Program-made: the position numbers and the translations under genes
Shown: piece by piece, positions 54,746-64,000 of the stretch
How positions within the stretch are numbered: position 1 is the first letter of the stretch
How the letters are laid out: each line of letters begins with the position of its first letter
The notes under the pieces: model-generated
Database searches by the model: none
Told to the model about the DNA's origin: nothing
The model's input: the letters and a program-made list of their open reading frames with translations, nothing else
Assembly (NCBI GenBank): GCA_964016885.1
Contig: OZ024740.1
Span: forward strand, 117,738,001-117,802,000
Source of the DNA: Eledone cirrhosa
Taxonomy: Eukaryota
Length of the DNA: 64,000 bases
Direction: 5' to 3'

Positions 54746-56788
54746 ATGTGTCTCTCTCCCTCCCTTCTCTTTCGCAAGCGACGCCAGAAAAGAAAAATCA
54801 CGTGCAAAGCGAGCAAGATTTCTGCACGACGACGACAACGACGAAAAAGGTGTGCGGGAAATACGAAAACCCATTTCATTCGTCTGACGTCAGGAATAAT
54901 AGCAGTAGCAGCCGTAATAACAGCAGCAACAGTGACAAGGAAAACAACAGTAGCAGCCGCAACAGCATCAGCAGCAGCATAAACAACAACAGCATTAGCA
55001 GCAACAACAACAGCAGAAACAACAACAACAACAACAACCACATCAACAGCGGCGGCGGCAGTAGTCGTAGTACCTGAAGCAACAACAAATGTAACAGCAG
55101 CTCTGACGACAACAACAACAACAACAACAGCAGCAAAGAAAAACCATCTCGTTTACAGGTATCGAAAAGAACCTGGAAACCACCTCATAACAAATGAGGA
55201 ATTAGATGAAGCGAAGAAGATGGTGACAAAAACTGGACACCGAGCAATCTGCAAGGCAGCCGAAAATTTTTTCGAAACCCAACAGCACTGTACGGTCACG
55301 TACCGTACAGTAAGTACAAAATCCCGTAGCGTTGAAAGAGACACAGAGGCGCAAATACAAAAAGCCTTGGGGTCTGTGTGGCAGCGGAAAACGCACATCA
55401 CCTGAGGCAAGAAATATGCCACCGTAGACGTACTTTTTGCCACACCCCAGGAGGCAAAGGCTCAATCCTTAATGACCCTAAGGAGCGAGGAAATGGTGTT
55501 GTGCCCTACTACTGCGGGCAAAAAATTGTGAGGGTCAAACTAACCCACGCCCCGGGATGGCCCCTTGGCTGGCCGCGTCTGTCCTCGTCGGAATCGAGGA
55601 CAAAACAACTGTACTGCAAGTACAGAAAAAAGTAAGAGAAGATTGGGTCGGCACCTCCATTGAGCTTTTAATCCAAACCAACCAGGAGTGCATCGAAGCT
55701 ATCCCGGATGTGATAGACTTCGATAACGGCACTCAACTGCCCATAAGTGTTGAGGGAAAACGCCCGAAATGCTTTCGCTGTGGATCGAAGACTCACCTCA
55801 GGGCCTTCTGCAACGAGAAGACCCTGAGAAAGGAGAAAACCCCTCCTTCCGAAACCGGCTCCACGGCTACCAGCAACAGGACAAGCGGCAACCAGGAACG
55901 ATAGGTCTGTGGCACCCATACCCACGCCACGGAAATCAAAAACAGCAGCAGCAGTGGAAGTATTAACAACAACAACAGCAATACCAAATGCAGCTGCAAC
56001 AGAGACTCCAGTGCAAACATCACCAACAACAACAAGTGAAAGAGTGGAGCTTGTACCCCTCCCCGACCTCACAGAATCAGACATGAAGCGTGAGGTGGGA
56101 GAGGGATGGCAAAAGGTCGTAAGAAGGCACAAACGCAGAAGCAGCGCATCGTCGCCTTCGAAAAGGGAGGAAAGAAATGAAAAAATGGTAAAGGCTACTG
56201 CAAAGAGACTCACAGCAGCAACACCACCAACACCATCACCACCCACACTAGCACAACCATCACCACCGGCGACAACCCCACCTCCAACAACAACAACACC
56301 TTCAACACCACCACCACAAGCACCAACATCGCAAACACAACAACAAAACACACACACCCAGCAACAACGACAAGAAAATAGCAGAACCACACCCCACCCC
56401 CAGAAAACCAAATGCACGGCAATAAATACACACAACAAGAAACTAATGACTTACATAATTGAACACACAGACATTTCACAACACGACTACATAATACCAG
56501 AACCAATCAAAACGCCAACTAACTTAAGACTGCTAAAAATAGCACAGAAACAATACACAAACATTAAAACGAAATTCCCCAACGCAGTTGGTAATTTCAG
56601 AGAGCTAGGAGGGACTATCAACCGAAGAGTATATTCGGACATACTCATAGAAGAGCCGACGACCAGCCGAAGGGACGATTCAACGGTCCCTTCACCAGAC
56701 GATCAAGTGAAAAGGGTGGAAAAACCATCCCTCCTCCACGAAAAGTACGGTAAGTGGTCTTTCCCATCTTTTCCACTCCATTTTAAAC
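54746..56788 (+). pseudogene. Tx1 ORF1 (gag-like), disrupted; Thr/Ala/Pro-rich low-complexity arms
   Basis: Zinc knuckle CFRCGSKTHLRAFC and the GWQKVVRRHKRR motif; several stops and frameshifts. The start is uncertain. Confidence 0.75.
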
Positions 56789-59700
56789 ATGACCTCACTC
56801 AGAATAGGCAGCATAAATGCGCGTGGCTTGGGGTCGTCATGGAAGCAGGGTCACCTGCTCAACGACCTCAGGTCACTAAACATAGTTGTAGTGGCCATCA
56901 GCGAGACCAGAATCTCTGAAGCACGAGCCTTCGCACCGATCTTCGGCGGCTACGAGTGTACGCATCTCCCAGCCGTCCTGGATGGGGAGGAGGATTTGCT
57001 GTGCTTTTTCGGAGAGGTTTGGATCTCGCCATACGGGCCATCTTCCTGGATCAAGAGGGTAAGTTGGTGGTGCTGGACGTGACCAGCGGAGACGGGCAAG
57101 CTTTCAGGCTAGTGGCCGTCTATGCCCCGACAGGAGCAGGGCGGCCTGATTTCTTCCGGCGTCTGGAGACCTTTCTTGGAACGTCCCGCTCTTTAGTGTT
57201 AGTGGGCGACTGGAACGGGATCTTAGATGCACGCTGGGACTGTGTGGGATTAGCGGATAGGGGTGGAGGGTGCAAGAGCCTCACCAACCTGCTCAGGCGT
57301 TTTGAACTGTCTGACAGGTACCGATTGGATTTCCCGAATGTGCCAATGTGGACTTGGACAAATCGCATAGGGTCATCCAGATCATTTCTAGATAGAGTAT
57401 TTTGTAGGGAAATAGATAGGTCTAGCATAGGCTGTCCACAATTCAAGATAGTCAGCTACACGGACCACAAATTCGTGATCTGTGTGCTTGACTTAGATAG
57501 GTTTCATAGACGAAGAACCGGCTACTGGAAGCTAAACGCGTCCTTACCAGCGTGCAAGGCCTACAGAGACCGGATTAGCGAACTAGTTAAGCGGGCGTTG
57601 GCGGGGGCCATCGTCAACAACAAGTGGTGGTTTGCTCTGAAAAGAGCGATTAGAATAGAGTCGATTAGGTTTAGTAAGTCTTTAGCAATATAGAAAAATA
57701 TAGCAGAGGGAGAACTAGTTAGAAAATTAGACGAAGCACTTAGCAAAGGCATTGCGACCGACGTGCTTGCGGCGAAATTGGCCCTTGACCAATTCTTCAA
57801 TGCAAAGCACGAAGGCTGCGTTGTCAGAGCTAGGGTGCGTGCTCTCAGACACGAGGGGACGAAAGCCGTTCAATGGGCCCGAGTGGCGGAGGCGCGTCGT
57901 GGCAACAAAGCCACGATCCGGTCTTTGGTGGACCACGACGGGCGCATGCTACTCGATCCCGGGCAAATGTGTGAAGCTTTTCAGCGACACTTCGCCCAGC
58001 TGTTCTTGGGCAGCGGTAGGCCGGGTCGAGGGATGGACTTTAGTGTCTACTTCGACGGACTACCACGGCCCTCGGCCACTGAGGCGGAGTGTTGCGAAAA
58101 GCCGATAACAGCCGCTGAAGTAAGGGAGGCAATGACTGGCTGCACAAGGGGTAAATCGCCTGGTTTGGATGGTCTGCCCTATGAACTTTACGTACAGATG
58201 CCAGACTTGTTCGGAGGCCTCTTGGCGGACGTCTACTGCAACTGGCAACAGAACGGGAGAATTCCCAGTTCTGTGAGCCGAGGAGCGGTGGCACTGCTGA
58301 GAAAGGATCGGAACAAGGGGGATAACCTATACAATTTCCGGCCCAAAACTCTGATAAAAACAGAGTTCAATATTTTGGCCAAGGTGCTAGCAAAGAGGTT
58401 GGCACTTGTCGTTGGTGGTCTGGTGGTAGAGGCGCAGACATGCGCCATTCCCGACAGATCCATCCACGACAACTTCCACCTCATGCGATACATCGTAGAG
58501 AGGGTAGCTAGGGAACCTGGCACGGGTGGGTCCTTGATCAATTTAGATCAGTCGAAAGCTTTCGATAGGGTCGACCATCGTTACGTAGCGGCAGTCCTGA
58601 GGGCGGCTGGCTTTGGGCCCGTCTTCAGAGGCTGGATCGCTGCCATGCACAGCGACATCTGCTCTGTGGTGAAAGTGAACGGTCACCTTTCGGAACCGTT
58701 CAACATCATGCGCTCGGTCCACCAAGGATGTCCCCTCTCGTCTCTCTTGTACGTATTGACTCTCGAGCCATTACTGCACAAACTGGAGACGTTGAAGGGG
58801 TCCCGCGCGAACTAGGGTGCGGAAGATCTGTGTCAGCATATGCGGACGATGCCACCGTAGTGGTGTCGAACGCCAAACACATCGAGGCGATCGGCACTAC
58901 ACTAAGAGAATACGAAGTGGTGACAGGAGCAATGATCAACCAGGAAAAGTCAGTGGGGCTGCAGCTCGGTACCTGGAGAGATAGGTCCATGCAGTCCTAC
59001 AGCGTTGTCAGGCGCTGGACGGACGGACCGGTTAAATTGCTAGGGGTCTGGTTCGGTCCGGACCTCCAGACGGACAAAAACTGGGACGCGGTGACGAGCA
59101 GGGTGGCTTCTCTCACCCAGAAATGGGCGGAGAAGAAGCTATCCCTGAAAGGTCGAGCGGAGGTGGCTAACGCGTACATCGAGTCTGTCATCTGCTACCG
59201 CCTGACCGTCGTACCTTGTCCTAAGGCCCGCCTGACTGCGCTGGAGCGTTTGCTCTTTCGCTTTTTGTGGATGGGACGCGCTCCGATGGTCAGGCGGTCC
59301 ATCTGCTGTTAACACCCGCTACGTGAAGGGCTGGGAATGCCGTGGCTGATGATGCGCAGACACGCGCTCAGGCTACGACATCTCCACCTCTTCCTCGACG
59401 GTGATCAGGTGTGGTCGCCGTTTGCTAGACACGTATTTCCCCAGCTCGTTTGCTTGACTGAGCTGCAGTCCTGGGTCAAGCGAAGGCCGAGAGGGAGCGC
59501 CTGGAGACTGGAATGTCTTCAGGCGCTCACAGCCCTCGACCAATTGGGCAATGTGATCGGTGGAAACTCCACCTCGGCGTTCTATAGAGGATTAGTGGAG
59601 GGGAAGAGCGACGACGTAGTTGGAAAAACTCTAGGCGTCGACGAAAATCAACTAGCCAATCTCTTCGGAAGGACTTTCGGGCCGGGGCCTATGGACAACT

Positions 59701-60206
59701 TCCAGAAATCCCTGGCCTGGCAGTGTTACCGGGGAGCTTTGCCAGTTCGGGATAAACTCTACAGGCATGGAGGTGCCGTCAGCCGGGCATGTCCGAGATG
59801 CGCGCAGGGCGACGAAACCGTCCTGCACGCACTCGTCCAGTGTCCGTGCATTGCTGACTTGTGGGTTTATGTCGAACACCTGCTGTCACGTGTAGGACGG
59901 ATCCAGCTATCAGCTGAGTCCATCGTCAGGATTGCCCCGCCCTCTTCGTATAGCCGGGAAGGGCTGGCAGTTTTTATCTGTCTGGTGGCCATGGCGAAAG
60001 AGATAGTATGGTGGACACGTTTGAAAGGGCAGAAGACGCGCACTTACCTATTCGGTGATGCCCTGATTGACTTTTTCAAATTTCATTTGAAAAGGAAAAT
60101 AAGAGTAGAGAGAGAAGTGCTCTCTTCCCAGCATTTTGTTGAAAGATGGGTGAGAGAAACAAGAATGGCCCGAGTGAATGGGCCTACTCTGAGTACGTAT
60201 CTGTAA
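56789..60206 (+). pseudogene. Tx1 ORF2 (APE endonuclease, reverse transcriptase, C-terminal Cys-His), disrupted
   Basis: IGSINARGL, AISETR, VGDWNG, YTDH, YWKLN, KSPGLDGLP, LDQSKAFDRVDH, QGCPLS, AYADD, CPRC..ETVLH...C. It has a few stops and frameshifts. Confidence 0.93.
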
Positions 60207-60486
60207 ATTAAAGGTGGAAAACTGGGAGAGGGCACTTGCCTTGGTGGTCAGGGTCACTGTGGCCTTTTACTGGGCTTTCTCCACAAATGTCCCTCCGAAG
60301 TCTCCCCCCCCTATTGGGGAATTTTTCATTGTTATTTTTTGTTACATCCTCTGTTTTTGTTTTTACACGCAGAAATGCCCATTTGTACCGTCCTGTATTG
60401 TCCTGCACTGTCTTTAATGTCTACTTTATGTAAACCCTTGTGGTTAATAAAGAAATCATTATTATTATTATTATTGTTATTGTTAT

Positions 60487-60839
60487 TCCTTGAATCTCAG
60501 TCATTGATGTTGGTTAACTGGAAAGTCCGTTGGATTGAATATCAAGCCACTACCTGCAGCCTCAGATATTCAGGACGTATCGGAGGGTTCTTGCCGTTCC
60601 AAGCAAGCATGCCTTTTGAAGCGTTCCAAAAAGCGTGAAGGGGCCGATTTTCTTTAACCATCCCTGGAAACCTTTGGAGATAGTCCCCAGTGCGCCTATG
60701 ACAATCGGGATCACTTTGACTTCATGGCAGTTCCAAATCCTTTTCACCTCCCACTTTAGGTCCTGGTATCGGTTAATTTTCTCCCTCTCCTTCTCTTGCA
60801 CTCTCGTGTCGAACGGGCAGGCCACATCCACAATCAGGC

Positions 60840-60840
<1 letters not shown>
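60487..60840 (-). mobile_element. 5'-truncated R4/Dong-like LINE 3' end, between (TAA)n tracts
   Basis: DVACPFDTRVQEKEREKINRYQDL...PIVIGALG...LQKACLLGTARTLR. Confidence 0.9.
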
Positions 60841-60908
<68 letters not shown>

Positions 60909-60917
60909 TGTTATTAC

Positions 60918-61401
60918 TCTTTGAGTCTCAGTCATTGATGTTAGTTAACTGGAAAGTTTGTTGAAATGAGTATCAAGCCACTACCTGCAGCCTCAGATAT
61001 TCAGGACGTATCGGAGGGTTCTTGCTGTTCCCAGCAAGCATAACTTTTGAAGCGTTCCGAAAAGCGTGAAGGGGCCAATGTTCTTTAACCATCCCTGGAA
61101 ACCTTTTGAGATAGTCCCTAGTGCGCCTATGACAATCGGGACCACTTTGACTTCATGGCAGTTCCAAATCCTTTTTACCTCCCACTTTAAGTCCTGGTAT
61201 CGGTTAATTTTCTCCCTCTCCTTCTCTTGCACTCTCGTGTCGAATGGGCAGGCCACATCCACAATCAGGCACGATCTTTTTTCTTTGTCCAAAACCACCA
61301 GGTCAGGTCTATTGTGTTCCAGTTTCTTGTCCGTCTGTATCCTAAAATCCCACAGCACCTTCACCTGATCGTTTTCTATCACTGCCTCTGGCTTATGCTC
61401 A
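60918..61401 (-). mobile_element. Second R4/Dong-like LINE 3' end (RLE domain)
   Basis: KVLWDFRIQTDKKLEHNRPDLVVLDKEKRSCLIVDVACPFD, a PD-(D/E)xK-type RLE, followed by (TAA)n. Confidence 0.92.
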
Positions 61402-61532
61402 TTCTTCTTCTTCTTCTTCTTCTTCTTCTTCATCTTCTTCTTCTTCTTCTTCTTCTTCTTCTTCTTCTTCTTCTTCTTCTTCTTCTTCTTCTTCTTCTTC
61501 TTCTTCTTCTTCTTCTTCTTCTTCTTCTTCTT

Positions 61533-61563
<31 letters not shown>

Positions 61564-62035
61564 AGAGGGTGTGGGGAAGAGTTCTCCAACGGATTTGACT
61601 GGATCTCCAAGACCAGCCGAACTGCTGAATGTTATCCAACCATCTTGATCGGGGTCTACACAGTTTCTTTCCTCGGACATTCTAACCACATGCGGAGAAA
61701 TAGCCGCTCTACATGAAGCAACTCTCTGATCACCGTGCTACGCACTCTATCGAGTAACATTACTCCAAAGCCTTTCGGAAGAGTCCCATTTCGACCACTT
61801 GTATACACGATCGTATTATTTCGCTCATTACCGAAGATTAATGACCATTTTTAAAGGTTGGTACGAATACCGAATTGAAGATAGCGTGTTTGCTTTTACT
61901 ACTGCCTCCCTTCTGATTACCGAATGCTGAAGATGGCGAATTACTGCATAAGCTTCTGTAATTCTTACACTTAAATCAGCCTCCTGCCTTCCATCACTCG
62001 TGAACAAGGCTTCAAAATACTCGAACTTCTCTATT
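61402..62035 (-). mobile_element. RTE (Expander-like) LINE 3' fragment with (GAA)n tail
   Basis: The minus strand gives GVMLLDRVRSTVIRELLHVE, homologous to 44121-44200, and ends in long (GAA)n. Confidence 0.8.
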
Positions 62036-62663
62036 TAGATACGTAGCCGAAATAGACCAAGACAAAACAAAACGCCGGTTGAAGTTTTCTTCTCTAACGG
62101 GTCTATGTGTTTGCAAAACGCATGCGCGATGTTGATGCAGTAACTATTCTGTCTCGTGCATTTCTGACCTATTTTTTATCCCTTTTTTTTATTCGGCTGA
62201 TGAAAATGGCCTCTTTAATCCTTAAATTGCCTATATTTCCTTCAGTCACCTTAATGGTGGCTTCAATGTCTTTGCAGTGGGATCTGTCGAGATGTTCTTT
62301 AACAGAACAGGCTCTCATTGTTACGTGTTCCTTGATTCGTATCTGTAGCCTCTTTATAATAGTTCCGATGTATTAGGAGCTACATCGTTTTGCGCGTAAT
62401 CTTATCGACTACAAATGCTCTCATTGACACTTCTGCGTTGTTGACGGGGCAATTAGGAAGTGTGAATATATCGCTGTATGTGTGTTTTGTCTTGGACGGT
62501 TTCAGTTTCGCATCTGAAAAGAGGGTAATATCCATGAAATTTCATGATAAAATACATTGGGTAAAACATTAGTTTGTTTTGTTTTGTTTCATTTTTCATC
62601 ATTTGCCCTTTGTATTTTCTAATGCATAGTACCGGGTTTTTAAAAGCAATATCAGAGCAATAT

Positions 62664-63003
62664 CAGAGATCAGCGGCTTGATGTGAGTTACTCAGGCCAG
62701 CTCTACTTACGCCAATATTCTTCCTTTCTCGCAGTGACTTGGGGTCGAACGGATGCACTCCATTTTCTCTTTCTCTCTAGCCTGTTCCAGCACAAAAATT
62801 ACACGAACGAAGATATTTCTTTCTCCGTTACGAGCCTCCTGTTCTCCGCGGTAATCTCTTTAATTCGTCGAAACCGCAGGAAGTTGAGATCTGAAGAGCA
62901 TATTTTAATGTTTGTGACCTGTTCGTTTTCATCCATTCTTTTCCCTCCTTCCTATCTTCTCTTAATTCCTTTGAGCTAACTCACATCGAGCCGCTGATCT
63001 CTG
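62664..63003. mobile_element. MITE-like element with ~31-bp terminal inverted repeats
   Basis: cagagatcagcggcttgatgtgagtta-ctca / tgagctaactcacatcgagccgctgatctctg. No clear TSD. Confidence 0.6.
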
Positions 63004-63093
63004 TCCTTCGAGGTAATATTTTACCCAACGCCGTTTCGATGGTATTTTGCTGTTCTAACAGCTTTCATACGACGAGTTTTCCCATTTCCCTGA

Positions 63094-63136
<43 letters not shown>

Positions 63137-64000
63137 TGTGTGTGTGTGTGTGTGTGTGTGTTAACATTCATTAGAACCCAATCTGTCTTATTAAAATTCA
63201 TGCCACTGATGTATTTGAGTTCCTTTTCAGTTTTCTTATGCAAATTACCCTTAGCTGCGAAAGCTCTCAAAACATTTTTTTATGTCATAATGTTTACATT
63301 TGTTAAGAGGCTGGAAGGACAATGTCATACCAAAACGTCTATTGAGGCAGGAACACACATCCAGAGCTGTCCCTTTACTAAAAACCAGGTTGTCCTTTTG
63401 TTCCAGCATGTTGATTCATTACTACATTCTTGAAATCATTTCTCCGTATCATTCAGAAACGCTAACATTCACCGTTAGGATTTTGTTTACTCTCTCTCTA
63501 TTCGAGAAGAAAATTTTAATAAATTAAGAATTTATCTCCCGTGTTCTATGTCCAGTACGCCTATTGACTTTGTTATCCAAATTCATGCCATATATTTGTA
63601 TATAAACAACAACCATTGATTGCATAAAGGGCTCAATATATGTGTATAGACTGATATTTATTATTTTATTGGCTGTTTGAACAAGGCATGGCTTTACTGT
63701 CAACATACCTGCATGAACGAATATGTGCTATAGTATGTGCCTGTGCGTTGTATATTGATTTCTTTGCCACAAAATTTACCGATTGAAATTTTAGTCCTCA
63801 TATCCTTAGTATGGAAGCTTCTAGCTGTTGCTGTTAAGTGTGATGGTCGTAGCGGTGATACTAACTGTTGAGTTTGCATTAGTCGTAATAGTGTTGATGG
63901 TGATGTTGCATTGTTGACTTAATTTAAACAGAGTTTCTGTTTAGTTATTGCTTTCGGATAAAAGTCATAATGATAACTGTAGGATTGTAAATTGTCCCTA

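Larger units (their letters stand above)
54422..60455 (+). mobile_element. Near full-length Tx1/L1-clade LINE inserted in (ATT)n
   Basis: 5' UTR, ORF1 with CCHC knuckle, ORF2 APE-RT-zinc finger, and a 3' UTR ending aataaagaaa. (ATT)n lies on both sides. Confidence 0.93.

Overview
Eukaryotic, AT-rich, microsatellite-saturated non-coding DNA. The repeat content suggests an invertebrate, probably a coleoid cephalopod such as octopus (inference). No intact host gene is evident; there is one plausible 98-bp exon at 2069-2166. The window is a mosaic of decayed retroelements: Tx1/L1-clade LINEs (one near full length, 54422-60455), RTE-clade LINEs, R4/Dong-like RLE LINEs, a CR1/L2 fragment, three different Penelope-like (PLE) GIY-YIG fragments, two tRNA-derived SINE families, a non-autonomous Helitron and a MITE-like element. 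The main signal the ORF track does not show is about 19 minimal type-I hammerhead ribozyme (HHR) motifs on both strands. They lie in PLE pseudo-LTRs and in non-coding tandem or fold-back elements beside (TA)n tracts. Six of them, from four unrelated sequence families, have the compensatory core swap C3-G8 to U3-A8 (UUGAnAA instead of CUGAnGA). One of these families is a near-identical 591-bp tandem dimer with retrozyme-like architecture. The window also holds many long, diverged inverted repeats, microsatellite-associated LINE insertions, and a SINE whose 3' end resembles the Tx1 3' end. All calls were made by eye; no folding or database search was run.
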